Assembly (NCBI GenBank): GCA_934167695.1
Contig: CAKPLP010000003.1
Span: 11,529 to 75,528, forward strand
Reading direction: 5' to 3'
Length of the DNA: 64,000 bases
From: an uncultured Bacilli bacterium
GTDB lineage: Bacteria; Bacillota_I; Bacilli_A; RF39; UBA660
Shown: piece after piece, positions 18,315 to 27,990 of the stretch
Position numbering within the stretch: the stretch's first letter is position 1
Layout of the letters: each line of letters begins with the position of its first letter
Notes under the pieces: generated by a model
Told to the model about the DNA's origin: nothing
Seen by the model: only the letters and a program-made list of their open reading frames with translations
Database searches by the model: none
Position numbers and translations under genes: made by a program

Positions 18315-19148
18315 ATGCAAGGACAAATTATTGAGATTGTAAGTGATTTACATATAGTTAGTTGCGATGGTGTTAAATATAGATGTAAGTGTAGGGGAAA
18401 GTTTAGAAATAAACATATTATCCCTCTTGTCGGTGATTTTTGTATTTTTGATGATAAGAAACTTATTATAGAAGAAATTTTACCTAGAAAGAATTGCTTT
18501 GAAAGACCTAAAGTTAGTAATATTGATCAGGGTATTATTGTTACGAGTTTAAATAATCCTGATTTTTCTATTAATTTACTTGATAGGTTTTTAACTATTA
18601 TGGAACTTAATAAGGTTACTCCTATTATTTGCATTACAAAAGAAGATTTAATTAGTTGTTCTCAATTAAATGAAATAAATCATGTTTTAGATTATTATAG
18701 GAACATAGGATATTTAGTGGTATCTAATACTGAAATTGAAAAAATAAAAGGTATTTTAAAGAATAAAACTAGTGTTTTTACTGGCCAAACTGGTGCTGGT
18801 AAAAGTACATTGCTTAATAAAATTGACAAAGATTTAGGTCTTTTAGTTGGAGATGTTAGTGAGGCACTGGGACGTGGTAAACATACTACTAGGGTTGTTT
18901 CTTTATTTGAAGTTTGTGGAGGAAAAGTGTTAGATACTCCCGGGTTTTCTGCAGTGGAATTTAGTAAATATAGTATTGAGGATATTAAAAATAGTTTTAT
19001 AGAGTTTAAAAACTTTCCATGTTTATATAAAGACTGTTCTCATACTAATGAGTCTGTTAATGAATGTTCAGTAAAAAAAGCTGTTTTAGAACGTAATATT
19101 TTAGAAGAAAGATATAATGATTATTTGAAGTTTATTGAGAGGAGATAG
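18315..19148 (+). CDS. rsgA: ribosome small-subunit biogenesis GTPase RsgA
   Basis: OB fold N-terminus. Circularly permuted GTPase (GQTGAGKSTLLN). C-terminal zinc-finger Cys (CLYKDCSH..C). Start at MQGQII. Confidence 0.85.
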   Translation: MQGQIIEIVSDLHIVSCDGVKYRCKCRGKFRNKHIIPLVGDFCIFDDKKLIIEEILPRKNCFERPKVSNIDQGIIVTSLNNPDFSINLLDRFLTIMELNKVTPIICITKEDLISCSQLNEINHVLDYYRNIGYLVVSNTEIEKIKGILKNKTSVFTGQTGAGKSTLLNKIDKDLGLLVGDVSEALGRGKHTTRVVSLFEVCGGKVLDTPGFSAVEFSKYSIEDIKNSFIEFKNFPCLYKDCSHTNESVNECSVKKAVLERNILEERYNDYLKFIERR

Positions 19149-19152
19149 AGAA

Positions 19153-19776
19153 ATGTTAGTAGCAACTTCTTTTTTAAGTAGTAAAAATCCCCCTAGAGAT
19201 TTAAAGATTCTTAATGATACTGATACTGATTATATTCATGTTGATGTAATGGATGGTAAGTTTGTAAAGAATAAAACAATGCCTTTTAGAGAAATGAAGA
19301 ATATTTACAAATATACATCTAAGAGATTAGATATTCATTTGATGGTAGAAGATAGTTCTGAATATATTAAAAATTATTCTTCTTTAAATACAGAGTTTAT
19401 TACTATTCATGTTGAGAGTAAAAATGTGAAAGATAATTTATTATTAATTAAGAGTTATAACATTAAAGCTGGGATAGCGCTTAATCCTAAGAGTAGGGTT
19501 GAAGATATTATACCTTATTTACCTTTTATTGATCAGATTCTTATTATGAGTGTTGAACCCGGCTTGGGAGGACAGGAATTTATTAAGGATTCTGTTTTGA
19601 AGATAAAGGAGATTAGATCGTTATTGAAAGAGTATAAGATTAATCCACTTATTAGTATTGATGGTGGAGTTAATTGTAATACTATTTCGTATTGTAAGGG
19701 TTGTGATATGGTTGTTAGTGGTAGTTATATAGTATTATCTGATGATTTTCAAGAAAGAATTAATAGTTTAAGATAG
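19153..19776 (+). CDS. rpe: ribulose-phosphate 3-epimerase
   Basis: HVDVMDG, SVEPGLGGQ and SIDGG motifs. GAGGAGA RBS. Confidence 0.85.
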   Translation: MLVATSFLSSKNPPRDLKILNDTDTDYIHVDVMDGKFVKNKTMPFREMKNIYKYTSKRLDIHLMVEDSSEYIKNYSSLNTEFITIHVESKNVKDNLLLIKSYNIKAGIALNPKSRVEDIIPYLPFIDQILIMSVEPGLGGQEFIKDSVLKIKEIRSLLKEYKINPLISIDGGVNCNTISYCKGCDMVVSGSYIVLSDDFQERINSLR

Positions 19777-19786
19777 GAGTGTAAAT

Positions 19787-20734
19787 ATGAATGATAATAA
19801 TAATTTAAATAATCAAAATGGTCAAAATGATGAAGTAACAATTAAAATAGATTCAAATAATAATTATAGTCAAGTTGCTGATTCTAATCCAACTGTTTCT
19901 ATTAATCCTGTTTCAACTGATTCTACTTCGATTAATAATAATTCTGTAAATGTTGTTAGTGATAATTCTATACCTACGATTAATATTTCTAGTAGTGATC
20001 AACCTAGTATACAATCTTTTTCTCCTAATAATATTTCTAATAATAATCAAACTGGTATACAAACTGTTTCTACTAATATAACTACTCCTAATGTAAGTGA
20101 AGTAGTTTCTAATAATAATTTATCTATGCCAGATACAAATGAGCCTAATATAGTTAATATTACTCCTGTTAATGATAATGTAAATAATGATTCTAATGAG
20201 TCTAAAAATGGAAAATTTAAGAGTATTCTTTTAGTTATTTTCTTTGTTTTATTATTTGGTTTTATTATGTTTTTACCTCAAATTTCTGAATTTTTTCAAA
20301 CTGGTAAATCTAATTATAATTCTAAGGAAGTTTTGAATGGGGTTCTTGTTTGTACTAGTGAAAAGAATAATGATGTTACAACTACTTATTATCAAATGGA
20401 TTTAAAGTTTAGCCAAAAGAAATTACAATCTTCTGAATATAATGTAACTGTAGAAAGTGAAGATGATAGTAAAATTCAAAGTAGTGATAAGGAGTGTAAG
20501 ACTGTTAGAGAGAAGGCTACTGATATAGAGGGTATTGATGTTATGTGTACTAGTAGTGATAATATTTCTACGATGATTCAGGATTATAATTATAAATTGA
20601 TTGATAATAGTAAGTTAACTAAATTTACTGAGGCTGGTGGTTTTTATCCAGAATTTAAATATAATGATGATATATATAATATTCAGTCTAAAATGGTTAA
20701 AGCTGGATATGATTGTGAAGTTAAATCTTCTTAA
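19787..20734 (+). CDS. hypothetical single-pass membrane protein with N/S-rich low-complexity N-terminus (315 aa)
   Basis: N-rich approximately 150-aa N-terminal region. TM ILLVIFFVLLFGFIMFL. Cys-containing C-terminal ectodomain. AGGAGTG RBS. Confidence 0.45.
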   Translation: MNDNNNLNNQNGQNDEVTIKIDSNNNYSQVADSNPTVSINPVSTDSTSINNNSVNVVSDNSIPTINISSSDQPSIQSFSPNNISNNNQTGIQTVSTNITTPNVSEVVSNNNLSMPDTNEPNIVNITPVNDNVNNDSNESKNGKFKSILLVIFFVLLFGFIMFLPQISEFFQTGKSNYNSKEVLNGVLVCTSEKNNDVTTTYYQMDLKFSQKKLQSSEYNVTVESEDDSKIQSSDKECKTVREKATDIEGIDVMCTSSDNISTMIQDYNYKLIDNSKLTKFTEAGGFYPEFKYNDDIYNIQSKMVKAGYDCEVKSS

Positions 20735-20826
20735 TTTACATATTTTGACATTTTATGGATTTGGTAATTTTGCCCATTTATTGTAAACTTCTTATCTACA
20801 TGATATTATGTAGGTGAGGAGTTTAT

Positions 20827-21594
20827 TTGTTTATGAAGAAATTTATTTATATTTTAAATATATTACTTTTGTTATTAATTCCTACTACTGTGTTTGTATG
20901 TGGTGATGAGAATGTTATTCACTATAGTGCAGATACATCTACTAAAGTTGAAATGATAAAAACTACGGTTTTATTAAATAGAAGTAATAAAAAAAGGGAA
21001 GAGGAGGAAGCTATTAAAGCTTTAGCCTTAAAACAGGAAGAGGAAGAAAAAGCTAAACAAGAACAAGAAAAAACTGTTGTTAGACAAGTAGCTGTAACTG
21101 TTCCGGAGAAGGTTGTTGAGGAAGTTGGTTCTTTAGCAGGTAGTGATGATACTATTAATAACGATAAAAATATTGGTAATAATACTACGGTAACTATTAA
21201 TCCATCAGATCAAGTTTATGTTGGTTCTAAACTTAAGGGTAGTATGAGTGCTTATGGTAGGGATTGTTGTAGTAGTGATCCTAATAAGCAAGGTCATACG
21301 GCAAGTGGTTATAATATTAAACTTAGTGGTATGTATTATAATGATGCTGAGTATGGTAGAGTAAGAATATTGGCTGCTGATAAGAATTTTAAGTTATATT
21401 CAATTATAAAAGTTAATGATCCTCTGGATGGAGAATATAAAGCGATAATATTAGATAGAGGGGATTCTAATATTGGTATTGCTGAAGATAGATTATATAT
21501 CTTTGATTTGGTTGTAGAAAGTCAGGAATGGGCTAGACGTAAATATGGGGTTCATGAAAATGTTGAGTTTGAAATTTTAAGAATAGGTCAGTAA
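20827..21594 (+). CDS. secreted 3D-domain protein (MltA-like three-Asp domain; YocH/YabE-like cell-wall protein) with E/K-rich coiled-coil linker
   Basis: Signal peptide. EEEE/KAKQEQEK linker. C-terminal ...HTASGYNIKLSG...RVRILAADKN...AIILDRGDSNIGIAEDRLYIFDL matches 3D-domain conserved Asp spacing. Confidence 0.65.
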   Translation: MFMKKFIYILNILLLLLIPTTVFVCGDENVIHYSADTSTKVEMIKTTVLLNRSNKKREEEEAIKALALKQEEEEKAKQEQEKTVVRQVAVTVPEKVVEEVGSLAGSDDTINNDKNIGNNTTVTINPSDQVYVGSKLKGSMSAYGRDCCSSDPNKQGHTASGYNIKLSGMYYNDAEYGRVRILAADKNFKLYSIIKVNDPLDGEYKAIILDRGDSNIGIAEDRLYIFDLVVESQEWARRKYGVHENVEFEILRIGQ

Positions 21595-21669
21595 TAAATT
21601 CTCTTTATTTCTATTGAAATAATTCTTATTTACTGTTAATATATTGTTAGAGTAAGATTGAGGTGTGTT

Positions 21670-22335
21670 ATGAATAAAGAGAAAAATAATGATTATCAAG
21701 AAGTTGATAAGAAGCAATTAGTAGCAGTAATCTTATTACTTATTATGTTAGTATTATTAGTAATTGGAGTTACTTATCAAGTATATATTTATGGTAAAAA
21801 TGGTGATTCTGTTATTAATCAAATTATAAATGGTGGGGATGATGATGAAAGGTTAAATCCTTTTAAAAATGGAAGTGTAACTTTAGTTTATACTGAAGGT
21901 GATAGTGGTATTACTATTGAAAATGCTCTTCCAATGACAGATTCTGAAGGAAGAAAAATGATTGCTTCATCTCAAATGATGAATTTTACAGTAACTGCAA
22001 ATATTAAAAATAGTAGAAAAATTGGTTATGAAGTAGTAGCTGAAAAGGATAAAAAGTCTACTTTAAATGATAAATATATTAAAGTTTATTTGGAAAAAAG
22101 TACAGATAATTATAACTTTGTTGCTGTTAATGAACCTAGATTGTATAATGGAATTTCGGAAACTGATGATTATGGGGTTACTTCTGGTAATATGATTATT
22201 GATAAAGTTGAAAATATTGATAAAGATGTAACGTATTATTACCGATTAAGAATGTGGCTTGATGGTAGTTATTCTTTAAGTAATTCAAATAAATATTTTT
22301 CATTAAAAGTTAGTGTTTATGGAAAAGCGGAATAG
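21670..22335 (+). CDS. hypothetical membrane-anchored protein (221 aa)
   Basis: N-terminal TM LVAVILLLIMLVLLVIGV. Extracellular beta-rich region. GAGGTG RBS. Strong terminator downstream. Confidence 0.45.
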   Translation: MNKEKNNDYQEVDKKQLVAVILLLIMLVLLVIGVTYQVYIYGKNGDSVINQIINGGDDDERLNPFKNGSVTLVYTEGDSGITIENALPMTDSEGRKMIASSQMMNFTVTANIKNSRKIGYEVVAEKDKKSTLNDKYIKVYLEKSTDNYNFVAVNEPRLYNGISETDDYGVTSGNMIIDKVENIDKDVTYYYRLRMWLDGSYSLSNSNKYFSLKVSVYGKAE

Positions 22336-22336
22336 T

Positions 22337-22370
22337 AAAAAGTCAATACTTTATTTTGACTTTTTTATTT
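22337..22370 (+). terminator. intrinsic terminator (AAAAGTCAA/TTGACTTTT 9-bp stem + T-tract)
   Basis: Perfect 9-bp inverted repeat followed by TTTTTTATTT. Confidence 0.6.
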
Positions 22371-22396
22371 GGTAAAATTGTTAAGGAGGCTTATTT

Positions 22397-24553
22397 ATGA
22401 ATGAAACAATTATAAAAGAAATTGCAACTAACTTGAATATAAGTGATAAACAGGTAGAGGTTGTCTTAAATTTACTTAGTGATGGAAATACTATACCTTT
22501 TATTGCGAGATATAGAAAAGAGGTTACTGGTGCTCTTGATGAGGAAACTATTAGAAGTATTAATGAAGTTTATGAATATCAAGTTAATTTATTGAAAAGA
22601 AAAGAAGATGTTATTAGATTAATTGATGAGAAGGGTATGCTTACTGATGAAATTAAAAATAATATTATGAAGTGTACTAAACTTGTTGAGGTTGAGGATA
22701 TTTATAGACCATATAAGGAAAAGAAGAAAACTAAAGCAACTGAAGCGGTTGCTATGGGACTTGAACCTCTTGCTAAGATGATGATGACTTTTCCTACAAC
22801 TGGAGATATAGATAAATTATGTAGTAAATTTATAAATGAAAAGGTAGAAAGTACTGAAAGTGCTGTTACTGGGGCATGTTATATTATTGCTGAGTGGATT
22901 AGTGATAATGCTTTTTACAGAAAGTGGATAAGAGGTTATTTTTATAAGAATGGTATAATTACATCTAAATTGAAAAAGGGTGCAGGGGATGAGAATAAAG
23001 TATATGAAATGTATTATGATTATAGTGAACCTGTGAAATGGATTAAACCTCATAGAATTCTTGCTGTTAACAGAGGTGAAAAGGAAAAGATTCTTACTGT
23101 TAGTATTGATGTTAATAAGGATGAAATAATTGCTTATTTAGAAAAAAAAGTGATTAAGAATGATAAGAGTTTTGTAAGTAGTTATGTAGAAAATGCTATA
23201 CTTGATTCTTATAAGAGATTAATTGGTCCTAGTATTGAACGTGAGATTAGAAGTGATTTAACTGAAAAGGGTGATGAGGCTGCTATTAGTAATTTTGGTA
23301 AAAATTTGGAGGCTTTACTTTTAACTCCACCTTTAAAGGAGAAAGTTGTTCTTGCATTTGATCCCGGATATGTTAATGGTTGTAAATTAGCTGTTGTTGA
23401 TAAGAATGGAAAATATTTAGATAGTACAGTTATTAAACCTTTTTTAAAGGGTGATAGTGAAGAGAGAATTAGACTTTCTATGGAAGTTGTAGTTCAGTTA
23501 ATTAAGAAGTATAATGTTGATATTATTTCTATTGGAAATGGTACGGCATCACGTGAATCTGAAAAATTTTGTGCTGATATGATTAGTAAATATAATCTTA
23601 ATTGTAAATATGTTATTGTAAGTGAGGCTGGTGCATCAATTTATAGTGCTTCTCCTCAAGCGATTGAAGAATTTCCTGATCTTGCTGTTGAAAAAAGAAG
23701 TGCTGTAAGTATTGGTAGGAGACTACAAGATCCACTTGCTGAACTTGTTAAAATTCCACCTGAAGGAATTGGTGTTGGTTTATATCAACATGATGTATCA
23801 CAGAAAAATTTATCAAATTCCTTGGATTTTGTTGTTGAAAAATGTGTAAATAGTGTTGGTGTTAATGTCAATACTGCTAGTGCATCGCTTTTGAGCTATG
23901 TGTCTGGTGTTACAAAAGCGGCAATTAAAAAAATTATTGATTATCGTGAAAAAGTTGGTAAGATTATGTCTCGTGATGAGATAAAGAAAGAAAAACTACT
24001 TACCCCTAAAGCTTATGAACAAGCAATAGGTTTTCTTCGTATCAATGGTGGTGATAATGTTCTTGATTCAACTGCAATTCATCCAGAAAGTTATGATGTT
24101 GCTTTAGGTATTTTAAAAGATCTCGGTTATACTATTAAAGATATTGGAACTAGTGATTTAGTTAATGCTCTTAATGAGATTGATGTTGAAAGTGTTGCTA
24201 GCAAATATAATACTGATAAGTACACTTTGGAGGATGTAATTTCATCTTTAAAGAAACCAAATCTTGATCCAAGAGATTCTTATCCACAACCAATTTTAAA
24301 AAGTAATGTTTTAGATATAAAAGATTTACATATAGGGGATAAGTTACAGGGAACCGTTAGAAATGTAGTTGATTTTGGACTTTTTATTGATATAGGCTTA
24401 CATGAAGATGGTCTTGCTCATATTAGTAAATTAAGTAATAGTTACATTAAACATCCAAGTGATTTATTTAGTGTAGGAGATATTGTTGATTGTTATGTTG
24501 ACGATATTTCACTTGAAAAGAATAAAGTTAGTTTATCTCTTTTACAAAGATAA
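22397..24553 (+). CDS. tex: transcription accessory protein Tex (YqgF/RNase H-like, HhH and S1 domains)
   Basis: 718 aa. N-terminal Tex HTH region. YqgF-like core (AFDPGYVNGCKLAVVD). C-terminal S1 domain (GDKLQGTVRNVVDFGLFIDIG). AAGGAGG RBS. Confidence 0.9.
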   Translation: MNETIIKEIATNLNISDKQVEVVLNLLSDGNTIPFIARYRKEVTGALDEETIRSINEVYEYQVNLLKRKEDVIRLIDEKGMLTDEIKNNIMKCTKLVEVEDIYRPYKEKKKTKATEAVAMGLEPLAKMMMTFPTTGDIDKLCSKFINEKVESTESAVTGACYIIAEWISDNAFYRKWIRGYFYKNGIITSKLKKGAGDENKVYEMYYDYSEPVKWIKPHRILAVNRGEKEKILTVSIDVNKDEIIAYLEKKVIKNDKSFVSSYVENAILDSYKRLIGPSIEREIRSDLTEKGDEAAISNFGKNLEALLLTPPLKEKVVLAFDPGYVNGCKLAVVDKNGKYLDSTVIKPFLKGDSEERIRLSMEVVVQLIKKYNVDIISIGNGTASRESEKFCADMISKYNLNCKYVIVSEAGASIYSASPQAIEEFPDLAVEKRSAVSIGRRLQDPLAELVKIPPEGIGVGLYQHDVSQKNLSNSLDFVVEKCVNSVGVNVNTASASLLSYVSGVTKAAIKKIIDYREKVGKIMSRDEIKKEKLLTPKAYEQAIGFLRINGGDNVLDSTAIHPESYDVALGILKDLGYTIKDIGTSDLVNALNEIDVESVASKYNTDKYTLEDVISSLKKPNLDPRDSYPQPILKSNVLDIKDLHIGDKLQGTVRNVVDFGLFIDIGLHEDGLAHISKLSNSYIKHPSDLFSVGDIVDCYVDDISLEKNKVSLSLLQR

Positions 24554-24578
24554 TTCGGTTAATAGCTGAATTATTTTT

Positions 24579-25205
24579 TTAATATAGTAAAGTTATTTTT
24601 CTTTGAGTTATTTTTATAAAACCTTCATCTTTTAAATATTTTAATTCTCTTGACATGGCACATCTATCTACTGAAAGATAATCTGCTAATTCTGTGAATG
24701 TTATGGGAATATAAATTATTTTTGAATTACTCTTTTTTGATAGTATTTTGAAGTATTCTAGTAATTTATCTCTTATAGTTCTTTTAGTTAAGATATTTAT
24801 TTTATTATTTTTCTCTGTTATTTTATTTGTCATTACTTTTAGTAAGTTTTGTATGAACTGATTGTAGTAGTATGAATTGTTTTTATAGTTAATTATTCTG
24901 TCATAATCTATTAAAATTATTTTTGTATCTTCTTTGGTTATGATGTCGTATTCTTGATTTAGTACGGGAAGAATTATTGATCCAAATATGTCATATTTAT
25001 TTAAATTATCAACAATTAAACGATTTCCGTTGTAGTCATTTCTTATTATTTTAATTGAACCATATTCTATTATTACTAGGGTGTTTTTATCGTTAATGCT
25101 TGAATATATATTAGTATTTTTTTTAAATGTTAGGGTTGTTGCTTCTAAATATTTTAGTATTTTTTCTTTATTTTTGTTGTTAATGTTGTTGAATAAATTG
25201 TCCAT
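24579..25205 (-). CDS. Crp/Fnr-family transcriptional regulator (cNMP-binding domain + C-terminal HTH; no FNR Cys cluster)
   Basis: C-terminal HTH RTIRDKLLEYF...ITFTELADYLSVDRCAMSRELKYLKDEGFI typical of Crp/Fnr. Divergent from nrdD. Start at MDNLFNN. Confidence 0.75.
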   Translation of the reverse strand: MDNLFNNINNKNKEKILKYLEATTLTFKKNTNIYSSINDKNTLVIIEYGSIKIIRNDYNGNRLIVDNLNKYDIFGSIILPVLNQEYDIITKEDTKIILIDYDRIINYKNNSYYYNQFIQNLLKVMTNKITEKNNKINILTKRTIRDKLLEYFKILSKKSNSKIIYIPITFTELADYLSVDRCAMSRELKYLKDEGFIKITQRKITLLY

Positions 25206-25245
25206 ATTTACACCTTCTAAAAAAATTGTATCATTTTTTGTAAAG

Positions 25246-25276
25246 TGTTGCAAATGCAACATTTAAATTTTATAAA
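25246..25276 (+). promoter_or_regulatory. 16-bp perfect palindrome TGTTGCA-AA-TGCAACA overlapping a putative nrdD promoter (TTGCAA-17-TATAAA)
   Basis: Palindrome at 25246-25261 read directly. -35 TTGCAA at 25248-25253 lies inside it. TATAAA at 25271-25276. Confidence 0.5.
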
Positions 25277-25321
25277 AAGTGGTATACTTGATTTATGCAA
25301 AGTAGGAAAGGTAGTGAAGTT

Positions 25322-27481
25322 GTGAAAGTTATTAAAAGAGATGGACATATGGTTGATTATAGTCCAGAAAAAATAGAGGAAGCTATAGAAAAAGCTAACT
25401 TAGAGGTAGAAGATGAAGATCAAGCTTCTAGTGTGCAAATAAAAAATATTATTAAATATATTGAACGATTAGGTAAAAGAAGAATTTTAGTTGAAGATAT
25501 TCAGGATATTATTGAAATGAAATTAATGTCTATAGGAAAGTATAATCTTGCTAAGAAGTATATTACTTATCGTTATACTAGAGAATTGGTAAGGAAAAGT
25601 AATACTACTGATTTAGCTATTAAGGAATTAATAGATGGTGAGAGCGAGTATTGGAATACAGAAAATTCTAATAAAAATGCTAAGGTTGTTACTACACAAA
25701 GAGATTATTTAGCTGGTATTACTAGTACTGATATTACAAGACGTTTTTTACTTCCTGAGGATATTGTACAAGCTCATGATGATGGAATAATTCATTTTCA
25801 TGATGCAGATTATTTTGCTCAGAATGCTTTACATAATTGTGACTTAATAAATCTTGAAGATATGCTTCAGAATGGTACTAATATTAATGGAGTTATGATT
25901 GAACGTCCTCATCGTTTTTGGACTGCTGTTACTATTGCTACACAGTTAATTACATCTGTAAATTCTAGTCAATATGGTGGTTGTACTATTACACTTACTC
26001 ATTTAGCTCCTTTTGTTAGAGATAGCTATAATAAGTATTTAAAGAAATATAAAGATAGAAAGTTTAAAAAAGCTGATTGTGAAAAGTATGCTAAGGAGGA
26101 TTTAGCAAAGGAAATAAAAGATGGTGTTCAAACTTTCCAATATCAAATTAATTCAATGACAACAACAAATGGACAGGCTCCATTCTTGAGTGTATGCATG
26201 TATCTTGGAGAAACTGAAGAGTATAAAGAAGAACTTGCAATGATTATTGAAGAGGTTTTGAAGCAGAGAATAGAAGGAATGAAGAATGAGAAAGGTGTTT
26301 ATATTACCCCAGCTTTTCCTAAGCTTCTATATGTTCTTGAAGAAGATAATATTCATGAGGATAGTAAATATTATTATTTAACTAAACTTGCTGCTGAATG
26401 CACTGCAAAACGTATGGTTCCTGATTATATCTCAGAAAAGGTAATGAAAGAGTTAAAGGTTGATAAGAATGGAAATAGTCAATGTTATCCTTGTATGGGT
26501 TGTAGATCTTTCTTAACTCCTTATGTTGATGAAAATGGTAAACCTAAATATTATGGTAGATTTAATCAAGGTGTTGTTACACTTAACTTGGTTGATGCTG
26601 CTTTATCTTCTGATAAGGATATGGATCAATTCTGGAGTATTCTTGATGATAGATTAGAATTATGTCATAGAGCTTTACAAATTAGACATAAAAGACTTAG
26701 TAAGGTTACTTCAGATGTTGCTCCTATATTATGGCAACATGGTGCCTTAGCAAGATTGAAAAAGGGTGAGAGTATACATGAACTTTTACATCATGGTTAT
26801 TCTACAATCTCTCTTGGTTATGCTGGTCTTTATGAATGTGTTAAATATATGACTGGATATTCTCATACTGATAATGGAGTAGGAAAAGAGTTTGGTCTTA
26901 AAGTTATGCAAAGATTAAATGATAAGTGTAAGGAGTGGAAAGAGGCTGAAGATATTGATTATAGTGTTTATGGTAGTCCTATTGAAGCTACAACTTATAA
27001 ATTTGCAAAATGTTTGAAGGAACGCTTTGGAGTTATTAAGGGAATTACGGATAGAAACTATATTACTAATTCTTATCATGTTCCTGTATTTGAAGAGATT
27101 GATGCTTTTAGTAAGTTAAAACTTGAGAGTGAATTTCAAAGATTAAGTCCCGGTGGTGCGATTAGTTATATAGAAACTCCTAATTTAAGTAATAATCTAG
27201 ATGTTGTTATGGAAGTAATTAAATTTATTTATGATAATATTATGTATGCAGAGCTTAATACTAAGTCTGATTATTGCCAAGAATGTGGATACTCTGGTGA
27301 AATACTTATCGATGATAATTTAGAGTGGTATTGTCCAAATTGTGGTAATAGAGATCATGATAAATTAAATGTTGCTAGACGTACTTGTGGTTATATTGGT
27401 TCAAATTTCTGGAATAAAGGCAGAACTCAAGAAATAAAAGAACGTGTAATTCATATTGATAATAAGGATGATGAGGAGTAG
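25322..27481 (+). CDS. nrdD: anaerobic ribonucleoside-triphosphate reductase NrdD
   Basis: ATP-cone N-terminus VIKRDGHMVDYSPEKIEEAIEKA. C-terminal Zn ribbon CQECGYSG...CPNCG. Glycyl-radical motif RTCGYIGS. GTG 25322 after an AGGAAAGG RBS is likely the true start (ORF-track ATG at 25295). Confidence 0.9.
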   Translation: MKVIKRDGHMVDYSPEKIEEAIEKANLEVEDEDQASSVQIKNIIKYIERLGKRRILVEDIQDIIEMKLMSIGKYNLAKKYITYRYTRELVRKSNTTDLAIKELIDGESEYWNTENSNKNAKVVTTQRDYLAGITSTDITRRFLLPEDIVQAHDDGIIHFHDADYFAQNALHNCDLINLEDMLQNGTNINGVMIERPHRFWTAVTIATQLITSVNSSQYGGCTITLTHLAPFVRDSYNKYLKKYKDRKFKKADCEKYAKEDLAKEIKDGVQTFQYQINSMTTTNGQAPFLSVCMYLGETEEYKEELAMIIEEVLKQRIEGMKNEKGVYITPAFPKLLYVLEEDNIHEDSKYYYLTKLAAECTAKRMVPDYISEKVMKELKVDKNGNSQCYPCMGCRSFLTPYVDENGKPKYYGRFNQGVVTLNLVDAALSSDKDMDQFWSILDDRLELCHRALQIRHKRLSKVTSDVAPILWQHGALARLKKGESIHELLHHGYSTISLGYAGLYECVKYMTGYSHTDNGVGKEFGLKVMQRLNDKCKEWKEAEDIDYSVYGSPIEATTYKFAKCLKERFGVIKGITDRNYITNSYHVPVFEEIDAFSKLKLESEFQRLSPGGAISYIETPNLSNNLDVVMEVIKFIYDNIMYAELNTKSDYCQECGYSGEILIDDNLEWYCPNCGNRDHDKLNVARRTCGYIGSNFWNKGRTQEIKERVIHIDNKDDEE

Positions 27482-27990
27482 TGCATTATAATAAAATAAG
27501 AAAGATGGATATCTCTAATGGACCGGGGGTTAGAGTATCTATCTTTATGCAAGGATGTACATTTAATTGTAAAAATTGTTTTAATCCTGAAACTCATGAT
27601 TTTAATGCTGGTAAAGAGTTTAATGAATCAACTATCGAGAGAATTTTGGAGTTGTGTAGTAAGGATTATATTGTAGGATTATCAATTTTAGGAGGAGATC
27701 CTCTTCATCCTAAGAATATTGATGGTACTTTGGAACTTGTTAAAAAGTTTAAAAAGAAATATCCTAAAAAAAGTATTTGGGTTTGGACTGGTTTTTTATA
27801 TGAAGATATTGTTAATAAGGATATTTTAAAATATATTGATGTTTTAGTAGATGGAGTATATATTGATAAGCTTTATAATCCAACTTTAAAATGGAAGGGT
27901 AGTTCTAATCAAAGAGTTATTGATGTTGTTAAATCATTAAAAAATGATAAAGTAGTTGAAGTTGTAGAAGGAGATTTAGTGTATGCGTAA
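27481..27990 (+). CDS. nrdG: anaerobic ribonucleotide reductase activating protein NrdG (radical SAM)
   Basis: MDISNGPGVRVSIFMQGCTFNCKNCFN matches the NrdG signature. GTG start overlapping the nrdD stop (translational coupling). Confidence 0.85.
   Translation: MHYNKIRKMDISNGPGVRVSIFMQGCTFNCKNCFNPETHDFNAGKEFNESTIERILELCSKDYIVGLSILGGDPLHPKNIDGTLELVKKFKKKYPKKSIWVWTGFLYEDIVNKDILKYIDVLVDGVYIDKLYNPTLKWKGSSNQRVIDVVKSLKNDKVVEVVEGDLVYA

Noticed and set aside
22817-23053. Minus-strand ORF (78 aa) inside tex. Similar antisense or overlapping ORFs lie at 4705-4908, 25081-25266, 28184-28366, 30288-30473, 34042-34329, 42435-42664, 45191-45406, 47614-47820, 51431-52048, 53327-53530, 54346-54816, 56211-56432, 60996-61193 and 61464-61670.
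   Set aside because: Each lies within or antisense to a well-supported gene. Translations are low-complexity I/F/L/N-rich strings typical of AT-rich DNA. There are no RBS or motifs.
25246-25261. NrdR box upstream of nrdD
   Set aside because: The palindrome TGTTGCAAATGCAACA does not fit the NrdR consensus. No tandem NrdR-like boxes were seen. It is kept as an unassigned operator instead.
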